Assembly: GCA_009859145.1 (NCBI GenBank)
Contig: VRVR01000032.1
Span: 152,854 to 216,853 of the forward strand
Reading direction: 5' to 3'
DNA: 64,000 nucleotides
Source of the DNA: Andalucia godoyi And28
Lineage: Eukaryota > Protista > Jakobida
Of this stretch, positions 1 through 10,336 are shown one piece after another. The position numbers were made by a program, and so were the translations under genes. The notes beneath the pieces were generated by a model, which saw only the letters and a program-made list of their open reading frames with translations, searched no databases and was not told the origin of the DNA. Positions within the stretch are counted from its first letter, which is position 1, and every line of letters starts with the position of its first letter.

Positions 1-5
1 AAAAA

Positions 6-1214
6 GTGTTTGCAAAGATCCCCTCTTCCGAAGTGCCGCCTCCTCGAAAGAAGCCAAAGACGAGTCACGGCGACTTACCTTCCTTCTCCACGACTTCTGG
101 AAGAAACTCCGGTCTAACGGCATCCGGTAACGGAATGGCAAGTCTGAACACCTCCAACAATATGATGTATGGGAACTTGAATCTCATGCCGTCCAGTGCG
201 GCGAACTCCGGCCATTCACACATGACGCTTCTTCATTCCAATGGAGGTGGAGTGAATGGTACGCCAAGCAACAGTTATAGCACTTCGTCGACATCCATAT
301 CGGATGCTCTTGTGATGAACATGGGCATGGGCATGAACATGAACATGAACATCGGCATGCCAGGTGATGTTCTAGGGCTTCAGTCGGTCATGTCGGACCC
401 TTCCGGAGTCCTGATGCTCTCCACATCTGCTTCGGGAACGCACACTCATAATTCGACACCCACTTCCAGTAATATGCACGGATCCATGGAAACAAGCATC
501 CCTATGAGCGGAGGAAGCTCTGCCGCGCCGAGCAGTAGCGCTGTATCAGGTGACTACGGATCTTCTGAAATGAGGCATCCGCAACAGCAACAGCATCCGC
601 AACAGCACCAACAGCATCAGCATCAGCATCAGCAACAGCATCAGCAACAGCATCAGCAACAGCAACAGGTTCAACACGTTCAGCAACTGCATCAACAGTC
701 TCCACGACAGCAACAGTTTCATCAACATCCACAATTGCAGCCACTGCATCCACCACAACCTGCGCAATCGCAAATTCTGCATTCTCCGCTGGATCCCTCT
801 GGTGCTTCCGCTTCTTTACCACGCCATCTCCCCCAGCATGGGTTGATTGGTCCATACTCCTTGCATTCTGCCAATATCCGAGCGTCTACAGTCTCCAGCA
901 TGAGTGATTGGAAGATGCAGATCGGACAACAATTGCGTCAGCAGTCGGAGGTTCCACTTTCTCTGCAGATGGAACATCACGGTAACCCCAATCTCCCTCG
1001 AGTACTGGGACTGCTTCTCGCTGCAGATAATCGAGATGAGTGGCATGCAAGGCTCCGGGAATGCTCGCCGACCGATATTCAGTTTGCGGATGTCCTTGTC
1101 CGCGCAGCCTATACTCGTCTGTCACTGTCCATGCCAGTCCCTTCGTCACACAGTTCTGGTGCAGATGGGCTGCCCGGTATCCTGAGGCCGCATCCTCTAC
1201 GACCCAGCTACTAG
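6..1214 (+). CDS. Low-complexity Ser/Met/Gln/His-rich protein, 5'-truncated by the window edge; probably nuclear
   Basis: 402-aa frame open from the window start. It has a PPPRKKPK NLS-like motif and a CAG/CAT-repeat poly-Q/H tract. No family recognised. Confidence 0.7.
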   Translation: MFAKIPSSEVPPPRKKPKTSHGDLPSFSTTSGRNSGLTASGNGMASLNTSNNMMYGNLNLMPSSAANSGHSHMTLLHSNGGGVNGTPSNSYSTSSTSISDALVMNMGMGMNMNMNIGMPGDVLGLQSVMSDPSGVLMLSTSASGTHTHNSTPTSSNMHGSMETSIPMSGGSSAAPSSSAVSGDYGSSEMRHPQQQQHPQQHQQHQHQHQQQHQQQHQQQQQVQHVQQLHQQSPRQQQFHQHPQLQPLHPPQPAQSQILHSPLDPSGASASLPRHLPQHGLIGPYSLHSANIRASTVSSMSDWKMQIGQQLRQQSEVPLSLQMEHHGNPNLPRVLGLLLAADNRDEWHARLRECSPTDIQFADVLVRAAYTRLSLSMPVPSSHSSGADGLPGILRPHPLRPSY

Positions 1215-1551
1215 CCAACACCACCAACACAAGCACAAACATACATTTTGTGCCGCATGTCCATAGTCCTCGTCGATATATTTTGCTACAACGGAATCAT
1301 CGATTTTTCGAATTGTCAGGGTTTCTCTCGTCCACTTTGCTTTTCCTCTCCTTTTCATTTACACACACACACAACCCCCTCCTCGCTCTCTCTCTCTCTC
1401 TCTCTGTCCCTTCTTTCACCCGTTTGCGATCGCGCTCTTTTTCATTCATGTAATTATTTGGTGTTTTATGTAGCAGTAAACAAAAAGCAGCATTCTCTCG
1501 AGAATAGGAAGGACGGGAAAGAGTTCGATAATTCGGTTTCAGCAACAGCAA

Positions 1552-2043
1552 TCAAGTGCCATTTGGCGACGGCCGACTTCTGGTAGCATACATTTGTGAA
1601 AACATTCGACCCATGGATCGAAATCCTCGAAGGTCGTGATTTCGGATGAGATTTCCTGCATCGCAATTCAACGGCGAATCGGCTTCGGGAGATGTCATGA
1701 GAGCTAGTAATGCGCGGCAAACGGAGGATATCCCCCACGCCGGCGACCAGTGCGGAGACTTCAAAATGTCCAAGCAGATTTCGCCTGTTTTCCAGTGAAT
1801 GTTTGGGTGGAATATCCTTGTGCGAAATAATGCAACTGGAGGAACAAGAGGATACTCCGGGGGTATACTAAACTCCACTTCAAAGAAGTAACCATCATAT
1901 GGAGAGCCTTCCGGTCCTTTGAGCCACGCACGCCACGACCGCAGTCCAGAATCATCAGACGGTGCACAATATACATCTGGATCTTTGGCGTTCGACCGCA
2001 TCAAGTCCTGGTATTCGCGCATCAGTCGCGAGGTGCTTGTCAT
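1552..2043 (-). CDS. PEX4: Ubiquitin-conjugating enzyme E2, PEX4/UBC21-like
   Basis: E2 core motif FHPNIHWKTGEICLDIL (catalytic Cys). The PLNCDAGNL segment is typical of the peroxisomal PEX4 subfamily. Confidence 0.85.
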   Translation of the reverse strand: MTSTSRLMREYQDLMRSNAKDPDVYCAPSDDSGLRSWRAWLKGPEGSPYDGYFFEVEFSIPPEYPLVPPVALFRTRIFHPNIHWKTGEICLDILKSPHWSPAWGISSVCRALLALMTSPEADSPLNCDAGNLIRNHDLRGFRSMGRMFSQMYATRSRPSPNGT

Positions 2044-2376
2044 TTCTTTCCGTCTACTTTTTTATTCGGTTCTTTTTTCCCTCGCCTGTCTTTGGAAAAC
2101 TGCGAGCAGAAATTGCAGAAACAGAACGTGAGATCCAGTTTTCCGTTCATTGCAGTCTCTCCCCCTTTTGCTCTTCGTCACCATCAAATAAAATATCCCA
2201 CTTGAAGAGCCGCCTGTCGACAGACAGCGACAGACTTTTCGTTTCTTGGGCAGGATTTCCCGAAGCGCTGCGGGTGTGGAGCTGTCCCTGGTCATCGTTT
2301 CCTGAAGCCCTCTTTTTCTCGAGCTGCGGAAAATGCTGATTTGCGTGCATGTTGCATTGATGATGCACTGAAAAGC

Positions 2377-3996
2377 ATGGCTTTCAGACGTTTGCTTTCT
2401 GGAGGACATATCGCTTTGTTCACAAGAGAATTCTGCTGCCTCCTGAATAGGCCGCCGCAATTTCGGTCATTTTCCGAAGTACCATCGTTTACTAGAAAAC
2501 CCCGTTCTCGAGAACGGTCAAAGTACGTATGCAGCAATTGTGGGGCTAGTCACGCAACTTGGATGGGCCGCTGTCCGTCGTGTGAGGCGTGGAACAGTCT
2601 GCAGTTCCATCAAGCTGATTCGCAGAGCAACCACAGTGGTTCGGCCATCCGCACCAGGAACGCGGTTCAACTGGACGCTATCCGCCTGTCCTCTGCGGAT
2701 GCATTTTCCAAAGACGACGCGCGGATTTTATGTGGGATTCCGGAATTTGATCGTGTCCTGGGAGGTGGACTTGTACCTTCGTCGCTTGTTCTTGTCGGAG
2801 GAGAACCAGGAATCGGCAAGTCGACCCTGCTCATGCAGGTGGCGCGAGGCTACGCGGATCAGGCAAAGAAGAAAGTTCTCTATGTCTCCGGTGAAGAATC
2901 ACTATCACAAGTCTCTCGCAGACATTTAAGACTATTTCCAAGATTTCGGGACGGCTGTGGTTCGTCCAGCGAATTCGACGTCTTTTTCGCGTCAGAAACA
3001 TCGTTCCCAGCCATTGAACAGTTTGTTCGGCAAGAAAAGATCGATATTGTCATGGTAGATTCTCTGCAAACCATCCACCATCCCGACGCTTCGAGTCTGT
3101 CTTCTACGGCCCCTGGAAGCTTGTCACAGATGAAATACGTGTGCGATGGATTCCTACAATTATGCAAGTCGTCTCGGACATCTGCATTCTTGATCGGCCA
3201 CGTGACGAAGTCCAACGATTTTGCAGGACCCAAAATGATGGAGCATATGGTAGATACTGTTGTATTCTTCGAATCCGACAAGGGCGATATACATCGCGTA
3301 CTGAAAACGTACAAAAATCGATTTGGGCCGACACATGAAATTGGCGTGTTTGAAATGTCTGCACTGGGGTTCATTCCCGTTCAGAATCCATCCTCTCTGT
3401 TCATAAGCAGCGCTCGACTGCATGGATCCGATTCTCATCCGCCGGGCGCCGTTCTTACCTGCATCGTGGAGGGCACAAGGGCATTGGTAGTCGAGGTGCA
3501 GTCGTTGGTTGCAAGACCCTCGCATCCGTCAGCCGTACGTTCTCGATCTGTGGGTCTGGATGCTAATCGTACAAACATGGTCTCTGCTGTTTTGGACGCA
3601 AAGCTGAACATCTCTCTGTCCTCAAAGGACCAATATGTATCACTTCTGGGCGGCCTCAAAGTCTCGGAGCCAGCAGTGGATCTTGCAGTTGCTGCATCCT
3701 TGATGTCATCCTTTTACGACATTTCTCCGCCAGCATCCACATTGTTCGTCGGTGAACTTGGGTTGACGGGGGAAGTGAGAGCGATTACGCACTTGGAGCA
3801 GCGAATTTCCGAAGCAGCGTCACTGGGACTGAAGGCAATCGTAACCCCGGAAACGGCCAGATTGGACAAGGAGTTACTGGGGAAACTTTCGCGCAAAGGA
3901 GTCTCGATTGTACCTTGTGCATCTTTGTGGGATCTCGAGAAAATCATGAGAATCGATCGAAAGTCGAAAACACAGCAGCAAACTATCGGTGACTAG
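2377..3996 (+). CDS. radA: Bacterial-type DNA repair protein RadA/Sms with an N-terminal organelle-targeting-like extension
   Basis: Contains the C4 zinc finger (YVCSNCG...CPSC), Walker A GEPGIGKST, DSLQT, the KNRFG signature and a Lon-like C-terminus (AVDLAVA, GELGLTGEVR). The ATG at 2377 gives MAFRRLL..., Arg-rich with few acidic residues. Confidence 0.93.
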   Translation: MAFRRLLSGGHIALFTREFCCLLNRPPQFRSFSEVPSFTRKPRSRERSKYVCSNCGASHATWMGRCPSCEAWNSLQFHQADSQSNHSGSAIRTRNAVQLDAIRLSSADAFSKDDARILCGIPEFDRVLGGGLVPSSLVLVGGEPGIGKSTLLMQVARGYADQAKKKVLYVSGEESLSQVSRRHLRLFPRFRDGCGSSSEFDVFFASETSFPAIEQFVRQEKIDIVMVDSLQTIHHPDASSLSSTAPGSLSQMKYVCDGFLQLCKSSRTSAFLIGHVTKSNDFAGPKMMEHMVDTVVFFESDKGDIHRVLKTYKNRFGPTHEIGVFEMSALGFIPVQNPSSLFISSARLHGSDSHPPGAVLTCIVEGTRALVVEVQSLVARPSHPSAVRSRSVGLDANRTNMVSAVLDAKLNISLSSKDQYVSLLGGLKVSEPAVDLAVAASLMSSFYDISPPASTLFVGELGLTGEVRAITHLEQRISEAASLGLKAIVTPETARLDKELLGKLSRKGVSIVPCASLWDLEKIMRIDRKSKTQQQTIGD

Positions 3997-5867
3997 AGTT
4001 CTTCGAATCTCAGTTTTGCAAACTGAATCCACTCCGGGGTTGAATTAATCATGACACACCGGCTCACAATCTCGACCTTTTTTGCAGATTCCAGCGACAC
4101 TTTCCGTCGCTTGATCACAGATCCGAACTTAAACCATGACGGTTGGTCCCAGAAGGACAATTCTTTGGAGTCACAGAGCCGAATGGCCTCTTTCATGCTC
4201 CGTTTGTGTAAGTCGCTGGGTGCGAATACGGTTCTACTCAAGGTCATGACGGCATTTCGGAATCCTTCCGCTTGTCTCCATGCAACGTATTCAAGGACGT
4301 CCACGTCGTTGGTAATTTGAAACACCCTGGCGTCAAAATGCGCGCACTGCGAATTAATGCGATCCCTTGTTTCTTCGGGATACCGACTCCAATCCATAGA
4401 AGATATGTGGTAGTTGAATCTGGAAGATGCAAATCCAGACAGCACAGAAGCTAGTTTCAGAGCGCGACCACCAAATAAAAAGTCCGAGTCATTTCCGATA
4501 TTTTCTGACCCAGCACTGTATGAAAAAAACACAACTGTGATCTCATCTGACTGATGATATGCCAAACTCGGATTGAATTCCAGAACTAGATCCGCACTCG
4601 TACGAAGCATTGCTTGACGGAACTGGTCATCATGAGGAGTTTTCATGCCCCTGGTATATGTAGAAAATGCTCTTCCATCTAGCCGCACAATGAACGGATG
4701 GTCCTTTGAAACTTTGGCATGAAACCCCATCTTTTCCATGGCGCGCATGGCTGAAGACTTCAAAATCCGGTCATATATATGACTGAAAACAGAATCGGCA
4801 TCCCAGAAATGGACGTCAGCGAAAGGTAGCGCAGACGTGTTCGATATGTCAGCTGCATTCCGATCATACAGCGCCGCTCGACTGTTTCCACTATGCGTGT
4901 TCGAGTCAACAAGCAATCGCAATCGTTTGGACATCGAGGTCTCCACAACTTCACCAGGAGCAAGGGTGGGAACCTGACGCTTTGAAGACACCGTCGAACT
5001 GTTCAGCTGGCTGGAATCGACAAAAAAGGTGCCAGCGGCAGCAATTCTCAGCAGTGTTTCCCGGCCCTCAACGTCGTAACTTGCAGCGTTCTGAGAATAA
5101 TCCACTTCTATGTCCTCCAACGAATACAACGGTCCAACTCTGTTCAAAATCGCCAATTCAATGTCGCTTAGCGGAGCCGTCAACCGAGGATTTCGGCGAT
5201 ACTGGAGAAATGCCAGTCTCTTGTCACATCCATAATCATATGCATGAGCCAAGTACATTGCTTTGCGTGAAGAGAGACCCGCCTCGTCCTCCGTGAACAC
5301 CTTTCCAACCGCAGCGGCCAGGTCTTTGTACATGACTCCCAGATCACCAGCAAATGACAATGGAATCTCTCCAACACTCTGCATTTTCGATACAGAGTCC
5401 ACTAACAAATACTGCGAACGGACAATGCGCACTATGACCGGAGACAGCACATACAACTCCACCAGCTTTTCGGTCAGCAATCCATGCACATCCGAAATTA
5501 CGCACTGTCTCTGTTCGCGAAGAAGAATTGTATCAACACGTAGAGTGTCCAAGCCCCCTACTCCGCCAGTGGACAACGGTGCAGATCCAAGTCCCATTCC
5601 AAGTCGCCGAAGCATCCCGTTTGGTACACTACGAGAGCGATCGTCTGCAAAAGATACTGCAGAATTCGAGTCTGATGCAACCGCAGATCGTTCGACAATA
5701 AGTTTGCCCAGAACTTCGAAATGTGGATACAACATGGCTTGTACGCTCAATGCAATTGATTCTGGCAGTCGTGCAATCATGGCTGATAATTCAGCAGAGT
5801 GATCATCCACTAATCCGCCTTCGGATGCCTCTCCCGATCCCGAATCAATTTCGTCATCTGATATCAT
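3993..5867 (-). CDS. Thg1-like 3'-5' polymerase / tRNA-His guanylyltransferase family protein (TLP) with a long N-terminal extension
   Basis: The C-terminal ~260 aa has IVRLDGRAFSTYT, HQSDEIT, FDARVF and WRQ...RN motifs of the Thg1 superfamily. The ~360-aa N-terminal region is unassigned. Confidence 0.88.
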   Translation of the reverse strand: MISDDEIDSGSGEASEGGLVDDHSAELSAMIARLPESIALSVQAMLYPHFEVLGKLIVERSAVASDSNSAVSFADDRSRSVPNGMLRRLGMGLGSAPLSTGGVGGLDTLRVDTILLREQRQCVISDVHGLLTEKLVELYVLSPVIVRIVRSQYLLVDSVSKMQSVGEIPLSFAGDLGVMYKDLAAAVGKVFTEDEAGLSSRKAMYLAHAYDYGCDKRLAFLQYRRNPRLTAPLSDIELAILNRVGPLYSLEDIEVDYSQNAASYDVEGRETLLRIAAAGTFFVDSSQLNSSTVSSKRQVPTLAPGEVVETSMSKRLRLLVDSNTHSGNSRAALYDRNAADISNTSALPFADVHFWDADSVFSHIYDRILKSSAMRAMEKMGFHAKVSKDHPFIVRLDGRAFSTYTRGMKTPHDDQFRQAMLRTSADLVLEFNPSLAYHQSDEITVVFFSYSAGSENIGNDSDFLFGGRALKLASVLSGFASSRFNYHISSMDWSRYPEETRDRINSQCAHFDARVFQITNDVDVLEYVAWRQAEGFRNAVMTLSRTVFAPSDLHKRSMKEAIRLCDSKELSFWDQPSWFKFGSVIKRRKVSLESAKKVEIVSRCVMINSTPEWIQFAKLRFEEL

Positions 5868-6073
5868 GCAGTCAAGTCGTACGACGAAAATGACGGGGGG
5901 AAGGCTTTCTTGTGCTCAACCTCTCTGCAGACAAGATGATGAAGAGCATGGACAACATTTAAAAATGTTGCACGCGGGAGAAGTGACAAGAAAGGAAAGG
6001 ACGATCGTGAAGGAAAAGTGGTTCGACGATTGTCGATTCAAAGAAAAGCAATATTCGTATGCCTTCCTGTATG

Positions 6074-6822
<749 letters not shown>

Positions 6823-6859
6823 GGGTAATACTGTACAAACAACAAATGCACAAAGATGA

Positions 6860-8032
6860 CTATCTAGTTCGTTTCAGGAGCTGCATCGCAGCATATTCTA
6901 AAGCAGTTCGTTCGTCCTCAACAGAGGAGTCGCCGGACGATACAGCAGTGATTCTTCGGGCAGCTTTTAGCGCTTCTTCCGCGTGCCAAGCAGCAAGATC
7001 TCTAGATTGCTCCACGCCTTTGGAATTTTTCACACTGTTGAGAGCTAGTTCGACATCGCCGATTGCGCCAAATCTACGTCTAATGGCGTCCCACAGATCA
7101 CGATTTTTGTGTTCTTGTGCAGCAAACAAGACCGGTGCAGTCGCAAGGCCCTGTCGCAAATCAGCACCTTCAGACGGCTTCCCGACGATTGCTGATGATT
7201 GAGTGTAATCCAGTACGTCATCAATGAGTTGAAAGGAGATTCCGACATGCTTTCCGTACATGTACGCAGCTTCTTCGTTCTCGCTTTCAAACGACTCCGC
7301 AAGCACAGAACCGCTGTGCTCATCTTTGCTGAGCGCGAATGGGAGCTTGAACGACGGAGATGCACAATTCTCGTCCATAGATGCTCCGCTTGCTGTCTTG
7401 CACGCTTTCGACTCTGCGAGCACCACTGCAGCTCTTGACGCATTCGCAAGCAACGAAGCAGTCTTGTAAAATGTCTTTTCAAGGTACGTTGGCATATTAT
7501 CAATGACTCCCATTTGGATACATTCGCCAAGAGTAAGGTGTTCTAATGTTTCTGACAGCATGCTGACCACTCGTGGGGTGCGCAGAGAAGCAAGCATTCT
7601 GGATGCTCGAGCAAGCAGGAAGTCCCCTGCAAGAACGGCGAGCCGAGTACAATCCTCTACTTTGTGCAAGCACGCCATGGATCGCCGAGTATCTGCCTCG
7701 TCAATTACATCGTCATGGATCAACGATGCAGAATGTATAATTTCAGTGATGGCAGCAAGCGTCTGACGATCCACTGCACTGGCGCCAGCGAGTCGACCGA
7801 TTGTCAGCACCAAACGCGGTCGAAACTGCTTCCCTCTCGCCGCCGGAGAGAAAAGATAGTTGGCTGCTCGATGCATAACAGGGTGATTCGACGCAACGCT
7901 CTGCATCAGTAGATCGTTCACGAGACCGATTTCGTGTTCCGTTCGAGCATGCTGAGACGTTGAAAAGGAAATGAGTCGCCGGAACGGTGAACTAGGACTC
8001 CGAGAAATCCTCACACCGCAACGAGCGAACAT
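6860..8032 (-). CDS. COQ1: Trans-polyprenyl (solanesyl/decaprenyl) diphosphate synthase, mitochondrial COQ1/PDSS1-like
   Basis: Has the first and second Asp-rich motifs (LIHDDVID, LIDDVLD), GKQFRP and KTASL, plus an Arg/Ser-rich presequence. Confidence 0.9.
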   Translation of the reverse strand: MFARCGVRISRSPSSPFRRLISFSTSQHARTEHEIGLVNDLLMQSVASNHPVMHRAANYLFSPAARGKQFRPRLVLTIGRLAGASAVDRQTLAAITEIIHSASLIHDDVIDEADTRRSMACLHKVEDCTRLAVLAGDFLLARASRMLASLRTPRVVSMLSETLEHLTLGECIQMGVIDNMPTYLEKTFYKTASLLANASRAAVVLAESKACKTASGASMDENCASPSFKLPFALSKDEHSGSVLAESFESENEEAAYMYGKHVGISFQLIDDVLDYTQSSAIVGKPSEGADLRQGLATAPVLFAAQEHKNRDLWDAIRRRFGAIGDVELALNSVKNSKGVEQSRDLAAWHAEEALKAARRITAVSSGDSSVEDERTALEYAAMQLLKRTR

Positions 8033-8686
8033 TTGACCAAAAAATTCTATTTAATAAAAAAAGGATACCAAGAAAAACAATGTTAAAACCACAAAAAGAA
8101 ATTTGCCAGAGGGTTTTTGGAAGAGCACATTCGCACCAGCAGCATGGCAGAAGAAAAAAGACTGGTTCAACTACCCCGTGGGGATGGTGAAGGGAACCAG
8201 AGACCTTGTTACAGTCGCTGAATAAACGATTTTCGATGGACAATCTCGAGAAGTCAAAAAGTCAGAGACTCGAAAGCTTTGCTTGGCCAAAAATAGCCCA
8301 GAGCGAAAATCGTTTCTTTTTGTTCACAGCTCACCACCGCTCAGTACTAGCCTTGACAGATTGGAGATGGGAGTGTTGAACATTCGGATCTTGAATTCTT
8401 GAGATCACCGAGCTGATGGAATCGCCCCGCAGCGCTGAAGTCCGCATTTCACAAGCTTCCTCCGTTTCGGATGACATCAAAGAGCAACTGACAACAAATC
8501 CCCGGATCGCTGATTGACTTATTGGAGATATCTCGTAGCTGGTTTTTCATATTCTTCAGCATACACGGTTCTCCCCTCCCTTTTGTTTTGAGAAAGCCCG
8601 GCCGCATTAACACGAGGAAGTGCTTCAGTTCTGTGCTCCCAATAGATTTCCTCAAAGAAGGGAATTATTTGTTATCATTTTTTGTC

Positions 8687-10009
8687 ATGAGCATTTCCTC
8701 AGAGCACAGTGAAGCTTCCATCTCTGGAACGAACAGCGAAATCCTTTCCAAGACAGATGGAGATGTCGAAAGTCAGTCTTTGGAAGAATTCCATGATCTG
8801 CCCATTCCACAGCAGTCCGAAGCGGGTAATCCGTCTGCGCAGCAGAATCATGTACATAAATGGTGGCAGCGGCGAGGTGCAAATCGACGAGTGGATCACG
8901 AATTCGCGCAGATGGAAGAGCGTCTTTATGCAATGGGGCGCAAACTTCGAGACCGTAGTTCGTCTGCGCTGCGGCACCTCAAAGATACTCATTCGTTCCG
9001 AGTTACAAAGGGGGGCGTAGAAAGACTGAATGCAGTCGATCAATTTCGAGGGTGGACGATATTTCTGATGTTTTTGGTGAATTTTTACGCTGATCCCAAT
9101 GGGACAGAACACTGGTGGTGGCCAATCCAGCACAAGCGTCATCATTTCCGCTTGGCGACTCTGGTATTGCCTCATTTCATGTGGCTTTCTGGCTATGCAA
9201 CTGCAATGTCAATGGAAAGAGCCATGCAGAGTGGGCAGTCGACTTCGGCAAGAGAAGCTTATCGCGCTGTTGTGTTCCGAAGCTTGCGAATGCTTCTTCT
9301 TGGACTTGCTTTGTACAGCAAAGCACCTTTATATTGGACAACCTGGTGGGACGCTCTCGTGGATCTCGCGCTTGCCGGTCTGGCAGTTGCGTGGCTGAAT
9401 TTCTATGCCGTCTGGGTTCGCATCTGCGTTGCGCTGCTTGGGATGCTGGTGTATACGGTCGTGCTCACTCAGACCAACTATGCAACATTCATTGACCAGT
9501 ATTCTTTGTGGGATGGAGGTCCTGCAGGTACGCTGATGTGGATCAGCATCTACATGCTTGGATCCTGTACGTTTCACATACACTCCATGCCTCTGTGGGC
9601 ACGGCTTCCTCTGAAGAAGAGGTTAGGTTGGAATGCACTTGTCGGCATTGTGTGGTGTGCCAGCGGATGTGCATTTGCAGTGCCGTGGGGTGGTATGAAA
9701 ACTGAGTGGGCGTTTTCGAGACAATGGTGCACGGTACCATTCATCCTCCTCACCGGTGGAATATCACAACTATCATACACATTCTTCCAATTGTTGTGTG
9801 ATGGTTTGAGAGTTGTCATTCCACTTTTCTCATGGCTCTCTGAAAATTCAATGGCACTGTACGCCTTCCACTTGGTCTTTGTAAGGAATGGGCTGGAACC
9901 TCTTGATGCGCCAGATTGGCAAATCCTTTCTGTCGGTACCTTGTACACTGCGTTCATGTGCTTGGTTTCATATCATCTGCATCAGAATTCCATTCTCATC
10001 AAAGTATGA
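8687..10009 (+). CDS. Heparan-alpha-glucosaminide N-acetyltransferase-like polytopic membrane acyltransferase
   Basis: RLNAVDQFRGWTIFLMFLVN motif followed by many hydrophobic helices. First plausible ATG is at 8687. Confidence 0.72.
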   Translation: MSISSEHSEASISGTNSEILSKTDGDVESQSLEEFHDLPIPQQSEAGNPSAQQNHVHKWWQRRGANRRVDHEFAQMEERLYAMGRKLRDRSSSALRHLKDTHSFRVTKGGVERLNAVDQFRGWTIFLMFLVNFYADPNGTEHWWWPIQHKRHHFRLATLVLPHFMWLSGYATAMSMERAMQSGQSTSAREAYRAVVFRSLRMLLLGLALYSKAPLYWTTWWDALVDLALAGLAVAWLNFYAVWVRICVALLGMLVYTVVLTQTNYATFIDQYSLWDGGPAGTLMWISIYMLGSCTFHIHSMPLWARLPLKKRLGWNALVGIVWCASGCAFAVPWGGMKTEWAFSRQWCTVPFILLTGGISQLSYTFFQLLCDGLRVVIPLFSWLSENSMALYAFHLVFVRNGLEPLDAPDWQILSVGTLYTAFMCLVSYHLHQNSILIKV

Positions 10010-10336
10010 ATTGGTCTAGCAGAACAATGCCCTCCGAGGTTGGTGAACAATGGCCACTTGTGCGGGGATCTTTGTAAACGACGTAGTATTTCCAAAAGTT
10101 TGTTTAAAAACATTTGTGATCCGCGCACCGAACTTCAGACTGGTAACAGCGACAAGACTGAAAAGGCGATATGCAAAATACTCGGCCATTCCTTGTATGG
10201 CAAAATAAAAAAACTTAACTCGTCAAAGGGAATCCACGACGCAGCCGGTTTGCAACCGCACCCCATGTTTTGCCGCATGCAGAATTCACAAGCCAAAAAA
10301 GGGAGTGCTGTCGCAGTTTCGGACCCGACAGTGAAG

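Noticed and set aside
502-855. Antisense ORFs over the poly-Q tract, and the many short ORFs antisense to long genes
   Set aside because: They are shadow frames of real genes or triplet repeats, with no independent motifs.
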